A stretch of 64,000 nt of DNA from an uncultured delta proteobacterium (GCA_963713045.1 CAVQKE010000004.1:896001-960000), one strand, 5' to 3'. Counted from the stretch's first letter, positions 21,775 through 30,530 are shown. The notes: generated from the sequence alone by a model not told the origin. Made by a program: numbers and translations.

Positions 21775-23055
21775 TTAGGCGGTTTTCTTTTCCTTCTCCA
21801 TCACCAGCTGCGGCGGTTCACGCCGGGTGACCACCTCGGCCGTGATGCGGCACTCGCGGACACCCTCTCGGTACGGGACGTCGTACATGATGTCCAGCAT
21901 CGCGTCTTCCATGATGGCGCGAAGGCCGCGGGCTCCGGAATTTCGACGCATCGCCTCGCGCGCAATGGCCCGCAGGGACTCTTTGGTGAAGCTGAGCTTC
22001 ACCTTCTCCATTTCGAACATCTTCTGGTACTGCTTCACCAGAGCATTCTTTGGCTGCGTGAGGATGGTCACCAGGTCGTCCTCGCGCAAATCATTGAGGG
22101 TGGCGACCACCGGCAACCGACCGACGAACTCCGGAATCATCCCGAACTTCATCAAGTCCTCAGGCTCGACCAAGCGCAGCAACTCTCCGACGCTGCGGTC
22201 GTCCTTGTGGGCGATTTTGGCCCCGAACCCCAGGCCCTTTTCCCCCACCCGACGCCGGATGATGGCGTCAATGCCGTGGAAGGCACCGCCGCAGATGAAG
22301 AGGACGTTGGTGGTGTCGACCTGGACGTATTCCTGCTGGTTGTACTTCTTGCCCCCGCGAGGCGTGACGTTGGCTCGGGTGCCCTCGATGATTTTGAGCA
22401 GCGCCTGCTGAACGCCCTCGCCGCCGACATCTCGGGTGACCGAGGGGGTGTCCCCTTTCCGGGCGATTTTGTCGATTTCGTCGATGTAGACAATGCCCCG
22501 CGCCGCCTTCTCCACGTCGTAGTCGGCGTTGTGGAGGAGGTTTTGGATGATGTTCTCCACGTCCTCGCCGACGTAGCCAGCCTCGGTGAGGCTGGTGGCA
22601 TCGGCGATGGTAAACGGGACGTTGAGGAAGCGGGCCAAACTTTGGGCCAGGAGCGTCTTGCCACTGCCGGTCGGTCCGACCAGCAGGATGTTGCTCTTGC
22701 TCAGTTCGACGTCCTCGTGCCCGCTTGGCTTCACTCCTGGACGCGGACGCGACGGCGGACGCTTTTGGTAGATGCGCTTGTAGTGGTTGTAGACCGCGAC
22801 GGCGAGGACCTTCTTGGCGTGGTCTTGACCGACCACGTAGTCGTCGAGGAAGGACTTAATCTCGGTCGGCGTCGGCAGCGAGATTTGGGGCTTGCCGGCC
22901 TCGCGGTCATTCTCCTCGGCGATGATGTCGTTGCACAGCTTGATGCACTCGTCGCAGATGTAGACCGTGGGCCCGGCGATGAGCTTCCGCACCTCGCGCT
23001 GCGATTTTCCGCAGAACGAGCAGGACAGGTTGACTGTGTGCTCCTTCGCCTTCAC
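21775..23055 (-). CDS. clpX: ATP-dependent Clp protease ATP-binding subunit ClpX
   Basis: C4 zinc finger CSFC...[20 protein letters not shown] and LGF loop. Confidence 0.97.
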   Translation of the reverse strand: MKAKEHTVNLSCSFCGKSQREVRKLIAGPTVYICDECIKLCNDIIAEENDREAGKPQISLPTPTEIKSFLDDYVVGQDHAKKVLAVAVYNHYKRIYQKRPPSRPRPGVKPSGHEDVELSKSNILLVGPTGSGKTLLAQSLARFLNVPFTIADATSLTEAGYVGEDVENIIQNLLHNADYDVEKAARGIVYIDEIDKIARKGDTPSVTRDVGGEGVQQALLKIIEGTRANVTPRGGKKYNQQEYVQVDTTNVLFICGGAFHGIDAIIRRRVGEKGLGFGAKIAHKDDRSVGELLRLVEPEDLMKFGMIPEFVGRLPVVATLNDLREDDLVTILTQPKNALVKQYQKMFEMEKVKLSFTKESLRAIAREAMRRNSGARGLRAIMEDAMLDIMYDVPYREGVRECRITAEVVTRREPPQLVMEKEKKTA

Positions 23056-23259
23056 CGACCGACCTCCAATGCAGAGCTAACCGCGACTCTCTGCTTCCGA
23101 CAACCCTAGTACAGCCCGGGCCGCTGCCAGCCCCGGGGGCGACGCAATTCCGACTATATGCGGCTTGACCGGCCCGTCGACCCTTTGCTGTCAGACAACG
23201 GGTCCCCCTCCCGGGCGTCGGGTTTTCAGAAGGGCACCCCCCACCCTGAGGGGCGCGAC

Positions 23260-23847
23260 TCAGCGCGTCTTCACCAGCGACTCGAGCTCGTCCGCCAGAG
23301 CGGCGGCAGTCCGCTTCACCGCCGCCGGCACTTGGCCATTCGCCCGGAGCTCGGTCGCCAACCGACGGGCGCTGCGGGCGAAGTGTACCAGCTGGGCGCG
23401 CGCGTCCGGCACTGCCTCCGGCGCCGGAAAGCGCTGGTGGAGCTCGCGGCGAAGCTCGGCTGGCGTCCGGCCCGGGTCCCAAATGGTGTCCCGGACGCGC
23501 GCATAGTCCCGCTCTGAGAGTTGGCCGCGCTCCTCGGCGTCGGCCAGGACGGTGACCACTTCAAACGGCGGAGCCCGTTCGACCGCCTCCGCCGACTCCC
23601 GTTCGTGCCGGTGGAGGAAGCCGTAGCTGCGCAGGAGCTTCTCGGCCGTCGCCCGCCGGATGTGCAGCTCGCCCGTGCAGTAAGCGTCGAAGGAAGCGAA
23701 TCCCCAGTCCTGCCAGGCGTCGGCGGCACGCACTTGTGCCAGCGCCCGCCCAAGCTCGAACCAGGAGGACTTGAAACGTCGAGCCGCGGCCGCCACCGTC
23801 GCGCGCAGCCCGGCTGCGTCCTCAGACGCCGTCGCCACGCCGCTCAT
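23260..23847 (-). CDS. Hypothetical helical protein, possibly HTH (DUF3102-like N-terminus)
   Basis: FKSSWFELGRAL...WGFASFDAYCTGELHIRRATAEKL pattern; ATGA-coupled to the upstream gene. Family call from memory only. Confidence 0.6.
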   Translation of the reverse strand: MSGVATASEDAAGLRATVAAAARRFKSSWFELGRALAQVRAADAWQDWGFASFDAYCTGELHIRRATAEKLLRSYGFLHRHERESAEAVERAPPFEVVTVLADAEERGQLSERDYARVRDTIWDPGRTPAELRRELHQRFPAPEAVPDARAQLVHFARSARRLATELRANGQVPAAVKRTAAALADELESLVKTR

Positions 23848-24725
23848 CCAGTCCGACCGACGGTGAAGGACAGGCCGACGTTGGCCCGTTCCCCTTCGTA
23901 GGGGCGAAAGGGCCACTTCTGAAGCTCTCGCAAAAGGCAATCCGGCAGCGGCCCGTCCTGGTATTGCGCGTGGTCCACCCACACCTTGGTGACGTGCCCG
24001 TCGTTGCCAATGGTGAACTCGACTGGAATGCGCGCACTCAAGCCCGGAGCCCGCCGGGCTTCCTCGGCGAAACAGGGGTAAAGCGCCCGCTGCTTCTGCG
24101 CGACCACCGCCATGATGGCCGCCCGGTCGAATTGCGGTGCGGTGGCCAGTCCGTCAGCGTCGGCTTCGCTCGGCTGCCCAGGAAGGCGGGCGCCTGCGCG
24201 GCCCAGACCGCTGCCGCCGGGCCGGAGGCCACGGCCAGAAGTCGGCGCGCGGTCGAGGGGATAGGCCACCAAATCCTCGTCCCTTCTCCGGGCGCGGGCC
24301 AGGGTGATGGTGGGCGCCTCGACGGAGATGGTGGGCTCGCCGCTCTCCTTCCGCCAGGGGTTGTGCACCGCCAGGTAGCGAGCTCCGGCCCCAGCCACAC
24401 CGGCGCCGACCACCGCCAGGCCGACGACCATCGCCACCCGCACGTTGCGGACCCGGCGCGCTCGCTCGCGGACCCGCCGGTCCATGGCGTCCACGCGCCA
24501 CTTGGCCTGCGCCTTGGCCAGCGCAAGGCGCAGGGCCTCCGTCTCCGAGACACGCTGGAAGTGGTGGGCCCCCACCAACGTCACCTCGGTTTGCCCATCG
24601 AGGGCTCCGTCGTACAGCCGCCTCACCAACTCGGCGCCACTCACCGGGCCCAACACCAGGCCTCCCTGTCGGTAAAGCCACTCACCGCCGAGCGGCGGGT
24701 CCACTGCCTTGGAAGGTAAACTCAT
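23844..24725 (-). CDS. GYF_2-like domain / TM / AgmX-PglI (TonB_C-like) domain protein
   Basis: N-terminal WLYRQGGLVLGPVS, central TM helix, C-terminal LYPCF...IPVEFTIGNDGHV...CLLRELQKWPF. Confidence 0.75.
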   Translation of the reverse strand: MSLPSKAVDPPLGGEWLYRQGGLVLGPVSGAELVRRLYDGALDGQTEVTLVGAHHFQRVSETEALRLALAKAQAKWRVDAMDRRVRERARRVRNVRVAMVVGLAVVGAGVAGAGARYLAVHNPWRKESGEPTISVEAPTITLARARRRDEDLVAYPLDRAPTSGRGLRPGGSGLGRAGARLPGQPSEADADGLATAPQFDRAAIMAVVAQKQRALYPCFAEEARRAPGLSARIPVEFTIGNDGHVTKVWVDHAQYQDGPLPDCLLRELQKWPFRPYEGERANVGLSFTVGRTG

Positions 24726-24832
24726 GGGGAGAGGGCGAGGGCTTGCTATTGTAGGGCCCCTCGGCCGCAGCGGGGAACGTCTCTGCTTCCTGCCAGGCTG
24801 GCCGCGGTGTCTGTCCTCCGCGAGGCACTGCT

Positions 24833-25651
24833 TTGCCGTCCTCCCAGCGCGCGGCGCTTTGGCTGTGGTACCGCGGCACGCACTTTCGCGGCTGGCAGCG
24901 CCAGGCGCAGGGCCCCACCGTACAAGAGGCGGTGGGCGCACAGCTGAAGGCAGCCGGCGTTGCCGGCGGCCTGGCCGCTGCCGGGCGCACCGACCGCGGC
25001 GTGCACGCCCGGCAGCAGGTGGCAAGCGTCCGCGTCCCAGCGGACGTCCAGCTTCAAGCCTTAGGCAACGGCCTCGTCGCTGCGGACTGGGGCTGCGCCG
25101 CCATCGCGGCCGCCCCAGCAGGCTTTCACGCGCAGTGGACGCCAAGTCGCAAGGAATACCGTTACCGCTTGTCGTCCGGGCCGCCGCCGCCGGGCTGGGA
25201 CGCCTACAGCTGGAACCTCGGCGGCGACTCCCGCCTCACGGGCGCGCCCGTCCATCCAACGTCGCTGGGCGAGGTGCTGGCGGCCGCGGTGGGCACGCGG
25301 GACTTCGCCGCCTTCCACGCTGCGTCCAGCCTCCGTCGGCTGCGCACGTTGAGTGGCGTCGAGTTACGGCCAGTCGCCCAGGCACCCGGGTTGTGGGAGT
25401 TGCGGGTGCACGGCGCCGGCTTTGGCCGCTACCAGGTGCGCGGCTTGGTAGGCGCAGCGGCCCTGGTCGCCTCCGGACAACTGTCGCCGCGCAGCTGGCG
25501 CGAGGCCCTCGCCGAGGCGACGCCCTTCCGAGGCATGCTTGCGCCTGCCCAAGGGCTCATCCTCTGGGCGGTGGACTACACCGGCCAGGGGCCGTTCGAC
25601 GCCCCCTTCCCGGCTCGACTGCCGACGGGGCCGCCCTTCGAGACGCCCTAG
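24833..25651 (+). CDS. truA: tRNA pseudouridine(38-40) synthase, TruA family
   Basis: YRGTHFRGWQRQ, catalytic AGRTDRGVHA and LAPAQGLIL. Confidence 0.88.
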   Translation: MPSSQRAALWLWYRGTHFRGWQRQAQGPTVQEAVGAQLKAAGVAGGLAAAGRTDRGVHARQQVASVRVPADVQLQALGNGLVAADWGCAAIAAAPAGFHAQWTPSRKEYRYRLSSGPPPPGWDAYSWNLGGDSRLTGAPVHPTSLGEVLAAAVGTRDFAAFHAASSLRRLRTLSGVELRPVAQAPGLWELRVHGAGFGRYQVRGLVGAAALVASGQLSPRSWREALAEATPFRGMLAPAQGLILWAVDYTGQGPFDAPFPARLPTGPPFETP

Positions 25652-25836
25652 TGGTGCTGCTCGCCCAGCGCGGGCAACTCGCTGGGCACCGCGTACTTGG
25701 TGAGGAGGTCTGAAATGGCCTCGCGCAAGTATTCGCTCTGGCGGATGCGGGAGGTGCGTGAGAGGGCCTTGAGGGCCTCCAGACGGTCCTTCGTCAGCCG
25801 AAACACCACAGACGTCAGTCGAGATTGTGTGGGCAT
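25648..25836 (-). CDS. Small ribbon-helix-helix protein (CdbA/CdbB-like family)
   Basis: 62 aa; strand TSVVFRL then helices LEALKALSRTSRIRQSEYLREAISDLL. Confidence 0.8.
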   Translation of the reverse strand: MPTQSRLTSVVFRLTKDRLEALKALSRTSRIRQSEYLREAISDLLTKYAVPSELPALGEQHH

Positions 25837-25894
25837 GTATGTTTTACCCTACCTTTGCCCACAAAATCGCACAAAGTTGGCTGCCGTCAACCTT

Positions 25895-26401
25895 TCATTC
25901 AAGGATGTAGGTGCGGAATTGGAAGCCGGCGAGGGCGGACACGCCGTAGCGAATCCCCTGCCCCGCCGTCACCTGGGCTGCCACTTGGACGAAGGCCCCG
26001 GCCACCTGGGAGAAGTCCCACTGCACGCCGAAGCCCAGCTGCGGGCCAATGCTGACTGCCGGCGTCACGTGCAGGACGCCCTCCACCGTCACGAAGGTTT
26101 TCCAGGCCTCTTCGCCAAAATAGGCGCGTAGCCCGCCAGACAGTTCCACCGTGACGCGGGGACTCCCGAAGGCGGTGACGACCGCCAGCGTCCATTCGTT
26201 GCCCTGCGCCCCCAAGGGGAAGGTCACTTCGGCCTGCACCAGGGGCGCGCTTCCAGACTCCGAGACGCCAGACTCAAGCACCGTCTCCTGCAGCGCGACT
26301 CCCGAGCCGAGGATGAAGCCCAGCGCGCCGCGGTGGTCGAGCCGCGGTACATCCTCCTGCGCCGCCGCCGGGACGGCCAGGCCGAGGCCGAAAACCACCA
26401 C
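25895..26401 (-). CDS. Exported protein, possible small outer-membrane beta-barrel
   Basis: Signal-peptide-like VVVFGLGLAVPAAA|QE; amphipathic strands; ends AGFQFRTYILE. Start approximate. Confidence 0.55.
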   Translation of the reverse strand: MVVFGLGLAVPAAAQEDVPRLDHRGALGFILGSGVALQETVLESGVSESGSAPLVQAEVTFPLGAQGNEWTLAVVTAFGSPRVTVELSGGLRAYFGEEAWKTFVTVEGVLHVTPAVSIGPQLGFGVQWDFSQVAGAFVQVAAQVTAGQGIRYGVSALAGFQFRTYILE

Positions 26402-26424
26402 CAGGGCCCGGAGGCCCGGCCGCC

Positions 26425-27294
26425 TCAGGACGCGCCCGGCCGAATGCCCGCCGCCTCGTTGAGCCGGCCGGAGCGGAACGGCTCGAGGTCCAGAGCAACG
26501 TATTTGAAGCCGTGCCTCAGAAGGGCTCGATTCACTTGCTCGCGAAAGGCAGCGTCGGTGAAGCGGGCCAGCTCCTCGGCGGCAACCTCCAGGCGCGCCA
26601 CCTCTCCGTGGTAGCGCACCCGGAAGGTGCGGAGTCCGAGTGCCCGGAGCTCCGACTCGGCCGACCCGACCTGGGACAGCCGCTCCTCGGTCACCGCGGT
26701 GCCGTAGGGAATGCGCGAGGCCAGACACGGCATGGCTGGCTTGTCCCAGGTGGGGAGCCCAGCCGCCCGACTGAGCGCGCGAATCTCATCCTTGGTGAGC
26801 CCGGCCTCGGCCAGGGGGGAGTGGACCTGGGCTTCCTCGGCCGCACGGTGGCCGGGACGGTGGTCCAGCCTGTCATCGGCGTTAAAGCCGTCCACCACGG
26901 CCGCGAGACCCAGCTCGGACCGGGTGCGTTCACACAGCGCGTAGAGTTCGGACTTGCAAAAGTAGCAGCGGTCCGTGGGGTTGCGCCGGTAGGACGGGTT
27001 TTCCAGCTCCGCCGAGTCGACCAGGATGTGCCGGGCGTGCAGCAGCTGCGCCAGGCGCACCGCCTCCCGGCGCTCTTCGGGAGCCACGCTGGCGGAAATG
27101 GCGGTGAGCGCCACCGCCCGTTGGCCAAGCACTTCCACCGCCACCTGGAGAAGAAACGTGGAATCCACGCCTCCCGAGAATGCCACCAGCGCTGAGCCCA
27201 GCTCTCTCAACGCGGCCCGCATCCGCGCCAACTTCGACGCCGCAGCGGCTTCCAGCCCCTGCAAACGCTCGGGCGCAAGCACGGTGGAAGCCAT
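26425..27294 (-). CDS. larE: LarE-family PP-loop ATP-dependent sulfur insertase
   Basis: AFSGGVDS PP-loop, NPTDRCYFCK, DHRPG and PCLASRIPYG. Confidence 0.9.
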   Translation of the reverse strand: MASTVLAPERLQGLEAAAASKLARMRAALRELGSALVAFSGGVDSTFLLQVAVEVLGQRAVALTAISASVAPEERREAVRLAQLLHARHILVDSAELENPSYRRNPTDRCYFCKSELYALCERTRSELGLAAVVDGFNADDRLDHRPGHRAAEEAQVHSPLAEAGLTKDEIRALSRAAGLPTWDKPAMPCLASRIPYGTAVTEERLSQVGSAESELRALGLRTFRVRYHGEVARLEVAAEELARFTDAAFREQVNRALLRHGFKYVALDLEPFRSGRLNEAAGIRPGAS

Positions 27295-27308
27295 CGGCGC
27301 CTCGCCGC

Positions 27309-28001
27309 CTAGCGCTTGCCCTTGCCGGACTTCTTGGCGGGCTTTGTTCGCTTTGCCATCCGTGCGGCACGAGCGGCCGGTCGGCTGCGCGCGCCCTTGC
27401 CGTGGGCCCGCGAGGCGCTCCCGTGGCTGCTCTTGGCTCGCTTGCCGGTGATGACTTTCATGTCTTCCGGGCTGAGGTGTCCGAGGTCAAGCAGCGCCTG
27501 GAAAATGCGCTGCGCGCCGGTTTCCACCGAGTCGACGTCCGAGTGGATGGTCACTTCGGGGGAGACGGGCGGCTCATAGGGCTCGGTGATGCCGATGAAG
27601 TTGGGAATCTCCCCGCCGAGTGCCTTCTTGTACTTCCCGGTGCTGTCCCGGGCGATGAGCTTCTCCGTCGGGCAGTCGACGTACACCTCGAGGTAGCGGC
27701 CAATGAGACGACGGTTCTCCTCCCGCCCAGCTTTGTACGGGCTGACCGACGCCGCCAGCACCGCGACTTGGTTGCGTGAAAGCAGCGCGGCGACGTACCC
27801 CATGCGACGAACGGCCACCGTGCGCTCTTCCTTCGCGTCGGTCGAGCCGCCCCACAGGTCGTCGGCAATGTCATTCTCATCGAGGACTTCCACCAGCCGA
27901 CCCACCTGGCGCAACCGGGCCGCCACGTAGTCCGCGAGCGTTGTCTTCCCGGCTCCCGACATTCCGGTGAGCCACAGAGTGAAACCTTGATTGGGGGCCA
28001 T
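27309..28001 (-). CDS. cysC: Adenylyl-sulfate kinase-like protein with a basic C-terminal tail
   Basis: WLTGMSGAGKTT P-loop, EVYVDCP and YKKALGGEIPNFIGITEPYEPP. Confidence 0.85.
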   Translation of the reverse strand: MAPNQGFTLWLTGMSGAGKTTLADYVAARLRQVGRLVEVLDENDIADDLWGGSTDAKEERTVAVRRMGYVAALLSRNQVAVLAASVSPYKAGREENRRLIGRYLEVYVDCPTEKLIARDSTGKYKKALGGEIPNFIGITEPYEPPVSPEVTIHSDVDSVETGAQRIFQALLDLGHLSPEDMKVITGKRAKSSHGSASRAHGKGARSRPAARAARMAKRTKPAKKSGKGKR

Positions 28002-28145
28002 GGAGAGGCAACTCCCGGGGTGGGCGGGGAACTCCGGGCCGTCCGGAGAGCCCGAGTTGGCTCTCTCGACGGCACAAAGAGGGACGCTTTACTACACGAA
28101 TTACCGGGGCTTGGCAATCATAACGCAGAGCGGTAAACCCGGTGC

Positions 28146-29207
28146 TCAGCCCGGGAGCCGCACAGGGACTTCGAGGAATTGGCCCCCCTGCCAGTCCACC
28201 CAGTTGGCGGCCGTCGCCCGGCCTCGGTGGACCGCTACCACCAGATGGGCAGTGCCGGGCAGAAGAGGCTCTCCCCCCGGGGCGGCCTGGGCGCGGTCCT
28301 CCGCCGAGAAAGCCGACGTCCCTTCCGGGTGGCTGTGGACAACGCAGAGCAGCCGTTCCCCGCGGCGGTCCGCCTCCCGAAGCAGGGCCAACCACTCCGA
28401 TGGCTCAAAGAGGAAGGCCGAGCGTGCATCCCGCGGAAAAGCCGCCGGGTCCCTGGCGGCCCAGGCTGCATAGGCATTGGGCAGGGCCTGCCAGCGCGCA
28501 CCGGTGGGGCCCTCCAACACCACGCCGCACCCTTCCTCGGGGTAGCAGGCCTCGAGGTGCCGCACCACCTGCTGGAGGACGGCCGCCGGCAGCGCTGGCC
28601 CGTGCCGGCAACGCGGAGCCAGAAGCATTTCCATCGCCCCGCCAGGACCCACCGAGATGCCGGACAACCCAGGGGCCAGGCCCAGGACCAGGCGCTGGAA
28701 CAGCAATGCCGCCAATGCCCCGGCTTGAAGAGCAGCCGGGCCAGCCGTCGGAGCCTCCATCACCCGCAGCACCTCGCCCAGACAGCCCCCGCATGCCTGG
28801 GCATCGGCGCCCCACAGCACCAAGCACCCGTCCTGTCGGCCCAACGCCACCAGTGGCCGAGGCCCATCGCGGACCTCCGGAAGGGCCACCAAGGTGCCAA
28901 AGGAGGTCGGCTCATGGACGGCATCGGGGTTGAGCTGCGCCATTGCCCGGCGCAGCGTCGGCCCGGCCACCTGGCCGATGTCCTGCGCCTCGATGAGAAA
29001 CCCCTCGTCGCCGCTCGCCAGCAGTCCGGGTGGTCCCTCGACAGGCGTCCCTCCAGCGGCGAGGTACGCCGCGGCAGTCAGCAGCGCAGGCCCCCCACTG
29101 TAGAGGCGTGCTCCCGTGTCGAGGAGCGCCTGTTGGCCGGCGCCTCCCAAACCGCGCAGGAGAATGACCCGCGAGTAGCGCTGAACCTGCTCCTCCCGAA
29201 GCGCCAC
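28146..29207 (-). CDS. Degenerate ThiF/MoeB-like domain fused to a JAB/MPN (JAMM) metallopeptidase
   Basis: N-terminal RYSRVILL...GGAGQQAL (ThiF-like, no GxGxxG); C-terminal YPEEGCG...HSHPEG...FSAED JAMM motif. Confidence 0.8.
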   Translation of the reverse strand: MALREEQVQRYSRVILLRGLGGAGQQALLDTGARLYSGGPALLTAAAYLAAGGTPVEGPPGLLASGDEGFLIEAQDIGQVAGPTLRRAMAQLNPDAVHEPTSFGTLVALPEVRDGPRPLVALGRQDGCLVLWGADAQACGGCLGEVLRVMEAPTAGPAALQAGALAALLFQRLVLGLAPGLSGISVGPGGAMEMLLAPRCRHGPALPAAVLQQVVRHLEACYPEEGCGVVLEGPTGARWQALPNAYAAWAARDPAAFPRDARSAFLFEPSEWLALLREADRRGERLLCVVHSHPEGTSAFSAEDRAQAAPGGEPLLPGTAHLVVAVHRGRATAANWVDWQGGQFLEVPVRLPG

Positions 29208-29211
29208 CGGC

Positions 29212-29451
29212 TTATCCGCCCTTCCTCAGCCACAGCACCGCGGAGCCGTCCGGCTGCGGGACGAGGGACAGGACGGTGTGCCCGTCCTCTTGCGCGCTGG
29301 CCGGGACGTTGCGCCGCGGCTCATCCCCCCGAAGGCGCACCTCCAGCACCTGGCCGACTTGCAGCGACTCGAGGGCAAGCTTGGTGCGCACGTACGTCAT
29401 GGGGCAAACCTCGCTCCGGATGTCCAACACCGCAGCGGGCTCCCCACTCAT
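29212..29451 (-). CDS. tusA: TusA/SirA-family sulfur carrier
   Basis: LDIRSEVCPMTYVRTKL CPx motif; 79 aa; ends RKGG; ATGA-coupled to the E1 gene. Confidence 0.88.
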   Translation of the reverse strand: MSGEPAAVLDIRSEVCPMTYVRTKLALESLQVGQVLEVRLRGDEPRRNVPASAQEDGHTVLSLVPQPDGSAVLWLRKGG

Positions 29452-30122
29452 GCTGCCCTCCATTTGGGGCTGCAGCCGGGACAGCCCGGTGCCCGCCGCA
29501 CGCCAAGCACGCGCACCCGGAGTTCCCCGACGCCATCCACCACGTGGAGGCGCGCCTCGCCGGGCGCATCGCTCGCTCCGAGGGCGAGCCTGGCCTGAAG
29601 CGCGCCGGCGACGCCGGCCAGGGCTCCGAGGACGCCCGCCCGGCTGCAGGTGGGCACCTCGTCCTCACCCGGCGCCTCACCGAAGAGACAGCGCAGACAC
29701 GGCCCCCCGGGAGCAATGCGGAAGGCGCGCGCTTCAAACTGCACCACTCCACCAAACACCACCGGCACGCCGGTACGCGACACGGCGTCGGACAGGAAGT
29801 ATTTCGCGGCGATGCTATCCGTGCCGTCGATGGCCACGTCATGTCCGCGCAACAGGCCGGCGACGGTCTCCGGGCGGGCCTCCTCAGGCAGCGCTGTGAC
29901 TTGAAGTGCTGGGAAGCAGGCCGCCAGACGCTCGGCCGCTACAACAGCTTTCAGCCGCCCGACGTCACTCGTCCGGTACCAGGGCTGCCGAGGCAAGTTG
30001 GAGAGCTCCACACGGTCTTTGTCCACCAGCGTCAGCCGAGGCACCCCGGCCTGCGCCAGCGCCAGACTGGCCGGGCAGCCGAGCCCACCGAGTCCGATGA
30101 GGATGGCGTTCTGCGCTGGCAT
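29448..30122 (-). CDS. MoeB/ThiF-family E1-like adenylyltransferase
   Basis: GLGGLG, DKDRVELSNLPRQ, DGTD, Zn pairs CLRC and CPGC, and the PTCSRAGVLG catalytic loop. Confidence 0.92.
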   Translation of the reverse strand: MPAQNAILIGLGGLGCPASLALAQAGVPRLTLVDKDRVELSNLPRQPWYRTSDVGRLKAVVAAERLAACFPALQVTALPEEARPETVAGLLRGHDVAIDGTDSIAAKYFLSDAVSRTGVPVVFGGVVQFEARAFRIAPGGPCLRCLFGEAPGEDEVPTCSRAGVLGALAGVAGALQARLALGASDAPGEARLHVVDGVGELRVRVLGVRRAPGCPGCSPKWRAA

Positions 30123-30204
30123 TGCCTAGAGGCCTACCATGCTTGAATTCCGGCACGCTCGGCGAGGCGTCCACCGACCCGGCGAGAGTAAACTGCCAAG
30201 CGGC

Positions 30205-30530
30205 ATGCGCGCGCTCGCCCTCCCCCTCCTCTTACTTGGCGCCGCCTGCCAGCAGCGCCCGTCCCCCCGGCGTCACCAACGGCGCCTCCTTCGTCGGGCG
30301 CACCGACACCGTCGAGTCGACCCCAGCCCGGACCAGTCTGGACCGCCGCCCAGGGGGCCTGCGTCGACCGCTGGCTAGCCGAGCGGGGGCTGGACCGCTA
30401 CGGCCTAGCGCAGGGCACCCAATACGCAGGAGGAACGCCCCTCTTCGATGAGAGGACCGGAGCGCAGCTGTCGCGGCAGGAGTACTTGGCCAAACACCAG
30501 CCGGAGGCCCTTCGCAGCTGCGGCCTGTAG
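30205..30530 (+). CDS. Small lipoprotein, split by a 1-nt deletion in a C run (about 30263-30268)
   Basis: [15 protein letters not shown] lipobox. Adding one C gives a Pro/Ser linker then [16 protein letters not shown]...[13 protein letters not shown]...SCGL*. Confidence 0.65.

Noticed and set aside
21550..23109. Long antisense ORFs (also 28179-30146, 32602-33930 and 10535-11803)
   Set aside because: They lie opposite well-supported genes and reflect stop-codon scarcity at high GC.
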